This document shows, one piece after another, positions 17,869 to 28,175 of a stretch of DNA of 64,000 nucleotides; the first letter of the stretch is position 1; each line of letters starts with the position of its first letter. Under the pieces are notes generated by a model. That model was not told the DNA's origin, did no database searches, and saw only the letters and a list, made by a program, of their open reading frames with translations. This DNA comes from a virus (Duplodnaviria > Heunggongvirae > Uroviricota > Caudoviricetes): the IMG/VR virus record IMGVR_UViG_2541046997_000001, positions 99,307 to 163,306 of that record; one strand, 5' to 3'. Both the position numbers and the translations under genes were made by a program.

Positions 17869-18276
17869 TGTCTACACCTTTTACAGAAATGTCATTACAT
17901 GATTAATAAGGAGGAATAAGAAATGACGTTTGAAAAATTACAGCAAATTATAGAAGAAAATAGTATTCCACATAAAGCGACAGTGGATGGGAATGTTGTG
18001 AAACAGAGATGGATGGTGTTTATTATGAAGCTGAAGAAAATAGATTGATTTTTACGCAAAAAGGCGATGTACATGATGAATGGTTTGGTCAAAATGGAGT
18101 TTATATTTTAAATGGACTTAATAAAAAATGCCAAGGATGTAAATATTTATCAAGATATTGTTGCGAATTAAAAAGAATTTATGATCAGAATACATTTGGC
18201 GATGGTTATATTGGTAACAAAGATACATCGGATTGTAAAGATTTTGAGAACTAAATAATAATGAAATGTCTGTTTC

Positions 18277-18654
18277 ATGCGAGGTGAAAATATGAAGATA
18301 GAAGAGAATAAACTTGTAAAAGTATTTTGGAAAAGTCCAAGATTTTCTAATAAATTAAGAATAAAAGGAGCAAAAGGAATAATTTTGGATTCGATTGAAG
18401 TTGTGGAATGCGAACGTGGTATTTCAAATTTTCCTCATTATATAAGTGTAGAGGATAATGGCGATATTTTAATTACGCCGATTGACACACAGGGTATTTA
18501 TTTTGTGACTGCTGAAAGAGCAATTAATGCGGATGTATTAGAGATTAAAGCAGAAGATTATATTCAACATTACGCAACAATGGGCGGAACTTATGAATTC
18601 GTTTTGAAGGAAAAAATTGATAATAATTCCGACGATTTCTTAAAGGTATTTTGA
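18277..18654 (+). CDS. Hypothetical protein.
   Basis: ORF only. Confidence 0.45.
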   Translation: MRGENMKIEENKLVKVFWKSPRFSNKLRIKGAKGIILDSIEVVECERGISNFPHYISVEDNGDILITPIDTQGIYFVTAERAINADVLEIKAEDYIQHYATMGGTYEFVLKEKIDNNSDDFLKVF

Positions 18655-18666
18655 AGGAGAGTATAT

Positions 18667-18927
18667 ATGGGAAGTTTTGAAGATATTTTTGGAGACTATT
18701 TTGAAGCCTATAAGACCACATCACAATATAAAGATAGTTCTAAAATGGAAATTATGTTTCGCCGTCAGGAATTCGAAAAGAACTTAGATGATATGTGGCT
18801 CAATTATAGCAAAGGTATGGTTGCACAGTTAGTTAATTACAATAAGCAACTAGACAGTATTAAGAGTTGCGGTTTAAAAGTGTTAAGGAACTCATCTGGG
18901 AAACATAAGATTATTGTTCCGAAATAA
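18667..18927 (+). CDS. Hypothetical protein.
   Basis: ORF with RBS GAAGGAGAG. Confidence 0.45.
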   Translation: MGSFEDIFGDYFEAYKTTSQYKDSSKMEIMFRRQEFEKNLDDMWLNYSKGMVAQLVNYNKQLDSIKSCGLKVLRNSSGKHKIIVPK

Positions 18928-19248
18928 AATACAATTTTCAAATAGTGGGTTGAGGTAATTTTTGTTTTGAAAAGGACAGAAAAAATATTGTTAGTTCTGA
19001 AGTGTTTTACGAATTATCAGAGAAAGAACTTAAAAAAATAAAATCAGAATCAATAGCGGCCGGCAGAAAAGATGTCGCAGAGTATATCTTCTATGCGCTC
19101 TCAAACTATATTTATGAGCTGAATATTGGTGGAGTTAATAGTTTTATGCATGAGTTAATACCGTTTTTGAAAAGAAAATCAGGTGGTATTAGAAATCATG
19201 GCATATATGATTTTTTTTGACTGGTGTGAAAAGGAGAGAAAATAAAAT

Positions 19249-19569
19249 ATGAAACATTATTTATATTATGTTGGTATGAAATACAAAAGAAGTGGCTCAA
19301 ACAAATGGAATTATGTGCAAACACATATTATTGCAACAAAAGAAAACGTTGAGAAAAGTATCAAAATGATTATCAGGAACTGTATAGACGACGATCCATC
19401 GAATAAATTTAAAGATTATAAATATCTTAAAATTAAAAAAGCATCGAATAAAGAGATTGAGAGTAGTATTCAAAATGAAAATTTTTTATGTCGTGCAGAC
19501 AGGACTAAAGTATTTCATATTCCAAAGTCTTTATTGCTATACGACTTAGGAAAGAAATATGAAGAGTAA
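19249..19569 (+). CDS. Hypothetical protein.
   Basis: ORF with RBS AAAGGAGAG. Confidence 0.45.
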   Translation: MKHYLYYVGMKYKRSGSNKWNYVQTHIIATKENVEKSIKMIIRNCIDDDPSNKFKDYKYLKIKKASNKEIESSIQNENFLCRADRTKVFHIPKSLLLYDLGKKYEE

Positions 19570-19722
19570 AATTAATTAGTTATATGGTTTCAAAGACAAC
19601 AGAATTTGAATTAAGTAAGTGAGAATTAAATTGTGAGATTTGCTCATATGAAGTAGTCAGTAATATGTCTAATCCAGTTTACTTTGCCATGAAATTAAAT
19701 AAAGAATAAGAGGGAATAAAAA

Positions 19723-19968
19723 ATGAAATATAGTGTAGAAACAACAAAAAATGGTTATGTAGAAACCTTAGAAGTGAATGGAAAAGAATATAAAAAGACT
19801 TGGTGTGAATCTGGTTATGGCGAAAAATCTTCTGATAAAGATTTTTGTGAACAGTTAGAACAAGATGGTTTCGACAATGAAGTTTTTTTAGATGAAGTAT
19901 ATGATGAAATAGATGTATCTCTTTTCGCATACAATTTTAAAGATATTGAGCAGAATTTATATTTTTAA
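19723..19968 (+). CDS. Hypothetical acidic protein.
   Basis: ORF with RBS AGAGGGAATA. Confidence 0.45.
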   Translation: MKYSVETTKNGYVETLEVNGKEYKKTWCESGYGEKSSDKDFCEQLEQDGFDNEVFLDEVYDEIDVSLFAYNFKDIEQNLYF

Positions 19969-20024
19969 ATTATAATTTTTTGATATAAGAGGAAATTAGT
20001 TATATCGAATTGAGATAAGTTCTG

Positions 20025-20474
20025 ATGTTCTCAAACGATAGAAATTTATTGACGGTCATGAATCGTATAAAATTGGAAGGACGTAATATTGTGCAGGTAT
20101 TAGCAGAAACAGAATATCAAGATTTATATAGGATTACAGATGGTGTGCTGCTTGTTATAAATAAATTTAAACCGATTGATTATGGGGAAGACAAGTATGT
20201 TTCGCTGTATGATCCAAAAGTTAAATCATACAACAAAGGATGCCAGAAACAGTTAAAGATTCTGAAAGAAGATTATTATTCAAAGTATGAAGACGTAACA
20301 GTGTATCAAGGAACTGTTTTATATTATGGAAGACCTGTTGAATTGGCTCGTAAGGATGAATGGAATTATCAAATTAAAACAACAGGCGAATCATTAAGTG
20401 GTGATTTTGATGAAGTTACAGAATTACTAACGAGTATTATAAAAATTATAGATAAGGAGCAAGAAAATGATTGA
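20025..20474 (+). CDS. Hypothetical protein.
   Basis: ORF only. Confidence 0.45.
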   Translation: MFSNDRNLLTVMNRIKLEGRNIVQVLAETEYQDLYRITDGVLLVINKFKPIDYGEDKYVSLYDPKVKSYNKGCQKQLKILKEDYYSKYEDVTVYQGTVLYYGRPVELARKDEWNYQIKTTGESLSGDFDEVTELLTSIIKIIDKEQEND

Positions 20475-20865
20475 ATTTGAAAATGTAAATTTCGAAGAAT
20501 TAAAACACATGGATTTGGAAGAAGCAAAAGAAATTGTGAAACAATTTGATGAAGTCACATGGTTAGAAGATGTTGGCTGTGAGTTTAATGGTGAAAGATA
20601 TGGCACTGAAGCATTATTAGAGTCTGATTGGGATGATGGTGGCAAATATCAGTATAAAGAAGAGTATGGTTTACTTTGTAAACTAGATAATGATTATACA
20701 GTAATTGAAAAATATGATGTTTGTGTAGTGAACGATATTACTAGAAGTGGTTCGTATTTTTCTGAATATGATTATGAAAACGAATTTAGAGTTGAGCAGA
20801 TTATTGAAAAGGTAATTCCAGAAGTTGTAATTCCTGAACATACAGTGGTTACAATTGGAGAGTAA
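20467..20865 (+). CDS. Hypothetical acidic protein.
   Basis: ORF only. Confidence 0.45.
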   Translation: MIEFENVNFEELKHMDLEEAKEIVKQFDEVTWLEDVGCEFNGERYGTEALLESDWDDGGKYQYKEEYGLLCKLDNDYTVIEKYDVCVVNDITRSGSYFSEYDYENEFRVEQIIEKVIPEVVIPEHTVVTIGE

Positions 20866-21017
20866 GAGCGAATAATAAATTGTAGATCTACAAGATAAAA
20901 TATATTTTTCATTTGAATCAGATCAGTTGCAAATGGTCTTATTACATAGATATTTAAGAAAGGATAAATGAGCAATCCTAGGTAGAATGTGTGATCACAC
21001 CTCTTATGTAGAGGTAA

Positions 21018-22748
21018 ATGGTAGAAAATAAGGATAAAAAATATAATTCAGATAAACAGTGGGAACTTGTAAATTTTTGTGAATTTGATAAGTATGCAGC
21101 AAAGAGCTACTGTGCGATTCACAATGTAGATGAAAGTTTGAATCTTGGTGATATTACTAAGGTTGATGAAACAAAACTTGATGATTTCAATATGATTTGT
21201 GGAGGCTCACCGTGCCAGGATTTCAGTGTGGCTGGCAAACAAAAAGGTTCTGTGTGGACTTGTAAAGAATGTGGACATGAATATAACCCATTAACCGTTC
21301 ATTGGAGTGAAAGAGATAAATGTCCAAATTGTAAAAGTGAAAATATTGAAAAAACAAGATCATCTCTTCTTGTAGAATATTTAAGAGTTGTTAGAGCAAA
21401 TAAACCGAATTTTGGGATTTATGAGAATGTAAAAAATATTGTTGGAAAACAGTTTAAAGATACAACTTTTAAACTTTTTACTGATGAATTAGAAGAGTAT
21501 GGATATAACGTATATTGGAAAGTGCTCAATGCTAAAAATTATGGAATTCCACAAAACAGAGAACGTGTATATCTAATCTTTATCAAAAAAGATTTAGATA
21601 ATGGTAAATTTAAATTTCCGGAACCATTTGATAATGGATTAAGATTGAAAGATTTATTGGAAGATGAAGTCGATGAGAAATTCTATATCTCTGATGAGAA
21701 AACAAAAAAATTTATTAAAAACTTGAATACAAACGGTTCAGATAATGTTGATATGGATTCACCTAAATTTATTGGGAATGTAAATCGAGAAGATTTTGGA
21801 ACAGGATATGCCGGAGGCGTATGGGACGATAGTCATATTAGTCCTACTTTAACGACTATGCAAGGTGGAGGAAGGCAGCCACATGTTATTACAGGAATTG
21901 ATAAGTCATATAACAATCCAAAACTCATTGAAACAGCTAATTGTATTACATCACGAGAAGATAGGGGCATTTCAAATAGAAAATCTGAAGGTACAGCAGT
22001 TCTAAAAATTGGAAATATCAACCCGTCAGGTAATGGTATGAACGGGTCTGTTTATTCAGAAGATGGATTATCACCAACATTAACTACGAATAAAGGTGAA
22101 GGAAATAAAGTTGCAATCAAACAAGCAACTAAACAAGGATATATTGAATGTGAAGTTGGTGGTGTTGCAGATTTGTCTTATCCAGATAGTAAAACAAGAA
22201 GAGGTCGAGTTCAAGATAATGGAAACACTTGTCCAACTATTACAGCAACAGAAACAGGAATTTGTAGAATTGAACCAAAAGAAAGGTTTTTTAAACAAGC
22301 TATTGATACATTAAATGAAAACGATTGTGAACCAGGTGACACAATTAATGCTTTTAATAAACATGTTGATAAAAGCGGATATTCTCCAACATTGACTACA
22401 AGACCAGAAGGGTTTAAAACAGCAATTCTGCCTGTTACAGACAATATTAGAATTCGCAAGTTGACACCAAAAGAAACTTTTAGGCTCATGGGATTCTCTG
22501 ATAAAGATTTTGATGCTGCACAGAATGCAGGAATCTCAAACAGCCAATTGTATAAACAGGCAGGAAACTCGATTGTAGTAGATGTTCTTTATTACATATA
22601 TGTAGAGCTGTATAAAGCTATGCCATATTTATTCGATGATCTGAAATTGAGTAGTTTCTTTTCAGGAATTGGTGCTTTTGAGATTGCGCTTGATAGATTA
22701 TATAAAGGTATCAATGCCGGAAATTTTATGAATCCACAGACAGAGTAA
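21018..22748 (+). CDS. Multispecific DNA (cytosine-5)-methyltransferase of the Bacillus-phage SPR/phi3T type. Motif I is located at the C-terminus.
   Basis: ELVNFCEFDKYA (motif II/III), GGSPCQDFSVAG (IV), ENVKNIVG (VI), QNRERVYLIF (VIII), four SPTLTT-type target-recognition-domain (TRD) repeats, RKLTPKETFRLMGF (IX), GNSIVVDV (X), and then FFSGIGAFEIAL (motif I) as the last ~35 residues. A zinc ribbon (CKECG...CPNCK) is inserted between motifs IV and VI. Confidence 0.85.
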   Translation: MVENKDKKYNSDKQWELVNFCEFDKYAAKSYCAIHNVDESLNLGDITKVDETKLDDFNMICGGSPCQDFSVAGKQKGSVWTCKECGHEYNPLTVHWSERDKCPNCKSENIEKTRSSLLVEYLRVVRANKPNFGIYENVKNIVGKQFKDTTFKLFTDELEEYGYNVYWKVLNAKNYGIPQNRERVYLIFIKKDLDNGKFKFPEPFDNGLRLKDLLEDEVDEKFYISDEKTKKFIKNLNTNGSDNVDMDSPKFIGNVNREDFGTGYAGGVWDDSHISPTLTTMQGGGRQPHVITGIDKSYNNPKLIETANCITSREDRGISNRKSEGTAVLKIGNINPSGNGMNGSVYSEDGLSPTLTTNKGEGNKVAIKQATKQGYIECEVGGVADLSYPDSKTRRGRVQDNGNTCPTITATETGICRIEPKERFFKQAIDTLNENDCEPGDTINAFNKHVDKSGYSPTLTTRPEGFKTAILPVTDNIRIRKLTPKETFRLMGFSDKDFDAAQNAGISNSQLYKQAGNSIVVDVLYYIYVELYKAMPYLFDDLKLSSFFSGIGAFEIALDRLYKGINAGNFMNPQTE

Positions 22749-22750
22749 AA

Positions 22751-23076
22751 TCTGTTTGTGGAGAAAATAAATTTTTTAATTTATCAGATGTTTGTATAAA
22801 TGATAAAGGAAAAGTAAATAAAAATCCACAAATAACATATGGATATGCTCCTACAATTGTTGCTGAATTTCATGGAAATTTACCAAAAGTTATAGATGTA
22901 TATTGTCTGAAGTACCAGAGAACTGAATATGCAAAAAAAATTAGAAAAGAATATGAAGCAGGAAATATCAAAGAACGTAGATGTAATATGAGAGAATATA
23001 CATTTAGAACGGATGGACGCAGCAATACAATAACAACTGTTCAAAAGGATAATTATATTGCAGAAATAGTGGAATG
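22751..23076 (+). pseudogene. Out-of-frame remnant of a second, tandem C5-MTase (TRD-like TFRTDGRSNTITT fragment) with no start codon.
   Basis: A protein-like frame with no ATG lies directly after the motif-I segment of the upstream ORF. Confidence 0.35.
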
Positions 23077-23251
23077 AAACTCACGTTTCAAATGGAGAAG
23101 AAAATGATAGAAATTAAGATCAATAAAGTTGTCGATGCTTTAATCGAAATGAACAAATTTATGCGTACTGATTATAAAACAACTTGGGAAAAATATACCC
23201 ATGAGTTTATTACAAGTCAATTTACATGGGAAGAAGTGGAGAATGAATTAA

Positions 23252-23593
23252 GTGCAAGGAGCATGTAGTAATCAAATCGTAAAATGTATTATCTATACGA
23301 GTGATATAGAAATTGGAATAAATAAATTATTAGAAATTGAAAACGAGAAAAACGAATCTGGAATTGAAACTGTATTTAAACGTATTTCGAAATCAGCTTA
23401 TATCCGTTCAGAAATAAGATTTAGTGACGGTGAAGAGTGGATCATAGTTAATCCTAATAACGGAGCAAGAGGGTATAGATGGAGAAAAGCGTGGGTTGAT
23501 GCTAGTAATACGACAATTTCTCAATTGTATTTGTATATTGTTCCGTATGGAGATGGATATCAATGGGAAGATTATAAACTTTTTAATTTGTAA
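23252..23593 (+). CDS. Hypothetical protein.
   Basis: ORF only. Confidence 0.4.
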   Translation: MQGACSNQIVKCIIYTSDIEIGINKLLEIENEKNESGIETVFKRISKSAYIRSEIRFSDGEEWIIVNPNNGARGYRWRKAWVDASNTTISQLYLYIVPYGDGYQWEDYKLFNL

Positions 23594-23631
23594 CAGTATA
23601 AAGAAAAATTTGTTTTTTATTTGGAGGGACA

Positions 23632-23886
23632 ATGATGATTAAGACATTAAAAGATACAGTACAATTGATGAACAGCGAAGATTATAGAGATCGGTTTATC
23701 GCTGAATATAAACAGCTTGTAATTAGATATAAAGGATTAATGAATATGTTGGATAAATGGGATAGTGGAGAGTTAGATTTTAAACCAACTTGTCCAAGAA
23801 GTACATATAATATGCAGATTAAAGCAATGACAGAATATATTGCTGTGCTTGAAGCGAGAGCAGTTATGGAAGGAATTGTATTATAA
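23632..23886 (+). CDS. Hypothetical protein.
   Basis: ORF with RBS GGAGGGACA. Confidence 0.45.
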   Translation: MMIKTLKDTVQLMNSEDYRDRFIAEYKQLVIRYKGLMNMLDKWDSGELDFKPTCPRSTYNMQIKAMTEYIAVLEARAVMEGIVL

Positions 23887-24074
23887 AAAAGAATATATAA
23901 GTATATGGAAATGAAATTTAAAAATGGAAACAGTATTGAAAGTATGCCGTATAAGAAAACTAAACGGAGTGTAAGAGGAAGAAGACTGAATGATAAAGAG
24001 AGTAAACTTATGCCAGAATTAGAAATCATAAATGCAGAAAAAAGAATAGATGATTTTATGGAGTATTTAAAATT

Positions 24075-24566
24075 ATGAGCAAATCATTAAAGTTTTGTAA
24101 AAGAATTGCGTCCGATAAATTCAGATCATCTTTTGCCGATAGGAATTGGACAGATGCAATTGAAATTGATTCAGAAAAATTTTTTACAAACGTATTAAAA
24201 AATCGTAGGAGCTGGCTTATTCGAAAAGAACTTGAAGATGGACAGAATATCGATATTACAATCAATTTAACAATTAATCCGGAGGAAAAATTTGATTATT
24301 TCACATCAGCTAGTAGTGTACATGACGGAACACTTCTGTCTGAATTAGAACTTATTAATGATTGTATATATAATGTAATTTTAGGCAAAACATATAACAA
24401 AAATATAGGTGAACCAAAGAGTAATGATACAGTTCATTATACCGTTGGAAATCTGGTCGTATTGAATGAATATGATATGAATCATAATAAATTTTGCTCA
24501 AAAGATAAACCTTTTTTGTGTGAAAGGACAACAGTGTTATTGCCGATTAGAATGAATTTAAAATAA
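24075..24566 (+). CDS. Hypothetical protein.
   Basis: ORF only. Confidence 0.45.
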   Translation: MSKSLKFCKRIASDKFRSSFADRNWTDAIEIDSEKFFTNVLKNRRSWLIRKELEDGQNIDITINLTINPEEKFDYFTSASSVHDGTLLSELELINDCIYNVILGKTYNKNIGEPKSNDTVHYTVGNLVVLNEYDMNHNKFCSKDKPFLCERTTVLLPIRMNLK

Positions 24567-24659
24567 TGAATTTTGTAAAAGAGAATATATAAATAGTAAT
24601 TATAAAAACAGAAGAAAGGATAAATGTTCACTTGTGAGTAAAGCTGCGCGGCTACTAAG

Positions 24660-25670
24660 GTGAAATTAAAATTGAAAAATTATATTCCCCAAAAGGCAAG
24701 CTCGATTGAAGAGTTAATCAAAGATTGTCCCCAAAATCAAGTTATTCTGGATAATCTAATAAGATCGTGGGCGATTATTAATAGTCCTAAATATAAAAAA
24801 ATATTGTGTAGTATTTCAGGTGGATCTGACAGCGATATTATGTTGGATATTGTTTGGAGATGTGATAAAGACAACAAGGTTGATTTCGTTTGGTTTGATA
24901 CTGGACTTGAATATCAAGCGACAAAAGACCATTTGGAATATCTTGAGAGAAAATATAATATAAAATTTATTCGCAAAAAAGCAATTAAGCCTATTCCTAC
25001 AAGTTGTAAGAAGTATGGACAACCTTTTATCTCGAAGAATGTAAGTGAGTATATGTCAAGATTACAGAAGCATGGATTTAAATGGGAAAATGAAAAATTT
25101 GATGTTTTGATACAGAAATACCCAAAATGCAAATCTGCTTTATCATGGTGGTGCAATGAGAATGGAGATAAATCTTCGTTTAATATATCAAGGAATAAGT
25201 ATCTAAAGGAATTTATAGTTAAAAATCCACCTAAATTTAAAATCTCAAATAAGTGTTGTGCATATGCAAAGAAAAAAATATCTCATAACATGATTAAAAA
25301 TAATGGATATGATCTTAATATTTTTGGAGTCAGAAAATCAGAGGGAGGCGCTAGATCGGCAGCTTATAAAAACTGTTTTGATGATACAGATGACGACTAT
25401 GATAATTACAGACCTATTTTCTGGTACAAAGATCAAGATAAAATTGATTATGAAAATGCGTATGGGATTACACATAGTAAATGTTATACAGAATATGGTT
25501 TGAAAAGAACTGGATGTGTAGGATGTCCATTTGGAAGAGATTTTGAATTTGAATTAAATGTAGTAAATAACTATGAGTCAAAATTACATAAGGCTGTTTG
25601 TAATATATTCAAAGATTCTTATGAGTATACAAGAAAATACAAAGCGTTTGTTGAGAATATGAAAGGTTAA
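24660..25670 (+). CDS. PAPS-reductase-like PP-loop protein (phage IbrA/DndC-like family). It starts with GTG.
   Basis: CSISGGSDSD PP-loop motif. C-terminal Cys cluster CVGCPFG. Confidence 0.65.
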   Translation: MKLKLKNYIPQKASSIEELIKDCPQNQVILDNLIRSWAIINSPKYKKILCSISGGSDSDIMLDIVWRCDKDNKVDFVWFDTGLEYQATKDHLEYLERKYNIKFIRKKAIKPIPTSCKKYGQPFISKNVSEYMSRLQKHGFKWENEKFDVLIQKYPKCKSALSWWCNENGDKSSFNISRNKYLKEFIVKNPPKFKISNKCCAYAKKKISHNMIKNNGYDLNIFGVRKSEGGARSAAYKNCFDDTDDDYDNYRPIFWYKDQDKIDYENAYGITHSKCYTEYGLKRTGCVGCPFGRDFEFELNVVNNYESKLHKAVCNIFKDSYEYTRKYKAFVENMKG

Positions 25671-25691
25671 TTTTAAGAGAGAGGTGAGATT

Positions 25692-26084
25692 ATGAGTCAA
25701 TGGACACATGTAAATGCAAGTTTTCGCTTAAATAGTATTGGTAAAATACCAGATGAAGAAATTATTGACATTTTTGGAAAGCAAGTTGATTACAAAGGTA
25801 TGGGTAATATTGAATACGATGAAAATTATGAAGTAAAGAATAAAGAAAAGTATCTTCCAATTGGATCAGAAGGAACATTGGAAATGAGTATTTGGCATAA
25901 TCCAGATAAATCATGTATGGCTTCAACAACTGTTTCAGTATTTGGTGATTTAAGAAATTATGGAAGTTTTGATGAAATTGAAGAATGGTTCAATAAGTGC
26001 TGCGATAAGTTTTGGGTAAGACAAGCGGTTTGCCAGGTTGAAGTTGAGGGACTTGGAACAAAGGTATTTCGAAATAAGGAGTGA
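25692..26084 (+). CDS. Hypothetical protein.
   Basis: ORF with RBS AGAGGTGAG. Confidence 0.5.
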   Translation: MSQWTHVNASFRLNSIGKIPDEEIIDIFGKQVDYKGMGNIEYDENYEVKNKEKYLPIGSEGTLEMSIWHNPDKSCMASTTVSVFGDLRNYGSFDEIEEWFNKCCDKFWVRQAVCQVEVEGLGTKVFRNKE

Positions 26085-26091
26085 ATTATAA

Positions 26092-26405
26092 ATGATGAAT
26101 AAGAATATTGCTAATAAGTGGGCTGTTGTTGGTTTTGATTATAATATAGCGATCGACATTATGTCAGGAATTGAGAAAACCTGTGGGAAAACGGTTTCTA
26201 AAAAGTTTCAGAGTAAAAATGCATTAACTCTAACGACAGAATTTGCAGATGGGACTAAGTTATTCTGGGTGAGAGCATCAGAATCATCCATAGGGTTTAG
26301 GTTTGGAAAAATGTGGTGTGATAAAAAGATTAACAAAGATATTTTTTAATTTACTGATTGCGCCATGTTATTTCGGAAAGTATGAAGATATTATTTGGGT
26401 GTAAT
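26092..26405 (+). pseudogene. Paralog of the 11490-11789 gene, frameshifted at a T6 run (~26326-26331). The C-terminal FGKYEDIIWV continues in the +1 frame to 26405.
   Basis: WAVVGFD...CGKT...GKMWCDK in frame, then ...IAPCYFGKYEDIIWV* in the +1 frame. This matches copy 1 (ILPYYSGKYEDIIWI*). Confidence 0.55.
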
Positions 26406-26447
26406 AAAGTAATGAAAGAATAGTTTCGTTCAAAATGAAGTGATAGT

Positions 26448-26966
26448 ATGACAGATTATCAGAGGCAGTTAGTAACTGACAATCATAATTTGATCTATAG
26501 ATTTTTACAGAAAGAAAAATTAAATATGGAAGATTGGTATGATTTGGCTGCAATTGGAATGTGTAAAGCAGCAAAAACATTTAATGAAGGAACGTCCAAA
26601 TTTTCTACATATGCATTTAAATGTATGTTTAATGAAGTGTATAGCGAAAAAAGAAAAGAATTAAATAAGAGAACAATTCCAGAAGGCAAGATTCTTTATT
26701 ACAACACTGAGTATGAGGATGGATCTGGAAATAAAGTAGAATTTATTGAAAAAAAAAAACAATCGGATTACAACGTTGAGAGCGACTGTATTCATAAAGT
26801 TACTTTAAAAAATGCATTTAATAAAATCAAAGAAAAACATAAACCTATCATCTCATTATTTTTACAAGGATATAAACAAGTAGAAATAATGAAAATTGTT
26901 GGATGTTCCCAGCCACAAGTTTCGAGAGTAATGAAAAGATTTGTAGATGAATATGTGAGATGTTGA
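26448..26966 (+). CDS. Sigma-70-family sigma factor (regions 2 and 4 only), a phage late or middle sigma.
   Basis: Region 2-like DLAAIGMCKAAKTF...STYAFKCM. C-terminal HTH QVEIMKIVGCSQPQVSRVMKR. Confidence 0.7.
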   Translation: MTDYQRQLVTDNHNLIYRFLQKEKLNMEDWYDLAAIGMCKAAKTFNEGTSKFSTYAFKCMFNEVYSEKRKELNKRTIPEGKILYYNTEYEDGSGNKVEFIEKKKQSDYNVESDCIHKVTLKNAFNKIKEKHKPIISLFLQGYKQVEIMKIVGCSQPQVSRVMKRFVDEYVRC

Positions 26967-26984
26967 GATAAGGAGAATCAATTT

Positions 26985-27545
26985 ATGCCAATAGTAAGAA
27001 GTGTAGATGGTGCACATATTGAATATACAATACCATCTAATATTAAGAATTTGATTACAAATGATTTTTTGAATGAATTTTTATATCAACTTATTCGAAT
27101 TACTGGAATATCACCGTATGACTTCGCAGATGAAGGAATAGAATATCTGTCAGGAACCTGTGGTTGGGATACTGCATTTGGAAAGGCTTGTATTAACACA
27201 GAAAATAAGAAATTATTTGACTATAGAAATTCATTAGAATGGTATGATTCAGATATTTTTGATTCAGAAATAATTTGGATTTTAATCGAAAAGAAACTTA
27301 TCCTCGGATATAGGGCTGATATTATCAAAAGAGAAATTGATGTTAAATTTGAAGATTTAGAAGTATGTGATAAATGTGGAAAGTTAATGAGAAAAGATAT
27401 TCTTATTAAAAATGGAGAAGAATATATATGTCCACATTGTAAAGATGTAGATAATGGTGATACATATGGAAATGGTACATCTGATTATTACAGAGAAACC
27501 TGCATAGAAGTAGATGAATATTATAGGAGAACTAAAGATGAGTAA
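26985..27545 (+). CDS. Hypothetical protein with C-terminal zinc ribbon.
   Basis: CDKCG...CPHCK motifs. RBS AAGGAGAATC. Confidence 0.5.
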   Translation: MPIVRSVDGAHIEYTIPSNIKNLITNDFLNEFLYQLIRITGISPYDFADEGIEYLSGTCGWDTAFGKACINTENKKLFDYRNSLEWYDSDIFDSEIIWILIEKKLILGYRADIIKREIDVKFEDLEVCDKCGKLMRKDILIKNGEEYICPHCKDVDNGDTYGNGTSDYYRETCIEVDEYYRRTKDE

Positions 27546-27906
27546 GAATCTATTATGTGATGAGCACTTTCTAAATCGAGGATACAAAAAATACGACAAA
27601 ACACAATTCCAGAGATCAGATATATATTTGTATAATTTTCAAAAAAGATTTGATGATGAAAAAGGCAAGAAATATTTTATTGATGTACACAAAATATCGA
27701 ACGAATGGATGTCGGAACACGATAAAAGTAAAGAGTGGTACAAGCCGTTTCAATATACATATTCTTGTCAGTTATATAAGAAAGATACTCATACACCTGT
27801 AAATATGGAATTCTTTTCAGATTGGACAATTGAACAGGTAGAAGAATTTGTGGAAAGTTTATTTCAAAATGGAGAATTAGATTATTATGAAAGGTGGGAT
27901 GAATAA
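27514..27906 (+). CDS. Hypothetical protein.
   Basis: ORF only. Confidence 0.45.
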   Translation: MNIIGELKMSKNLLCDEHFLNRGYKKYDKTQFQRSDIYLYNFQKRFDDEKGKKYFIDVHKISNEWMSEHDKSKEWYKPFQYTYSCQLYKKDTHTPVNMEFFSDWTIEQVEEFVESLFQNGELDYYERWDE

Positions 27907-28175
27907 TGAAAAAATTATCTGAGGAAGATTTAAACACAATTAAACAATACAATGAAAAGCTATAGGACTTATATCTGATTGTTGAAAATGGATGTCAGTC
28001 TGATATTACGATTGAAGATATGACGGAATGTATGGAGTATATTTGTTCTTTATTAAAAAATAATATGGATATGACTACACATAAACATAAGGTTTATAAA
28101 GAGATGGATATATTAAAAAATATTATTTGTCATCAAGCAGCTAAGATTATTCAATTAGAGAATGGAGGTAAATAA
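27906..28175 (+). CDS. 89-codon reading frame interrupted by a single in-frame TAG (27963-27965). It may be a 19-aa ORF followed by a 51-aa ORF, or an amber read-through gene.
   Basis: ATG overlaps the previous TAA (TAATG). The same frame stays open and protein-like to 28175. Otherwise 250 bp carry no gene. Confidence 0.3.
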
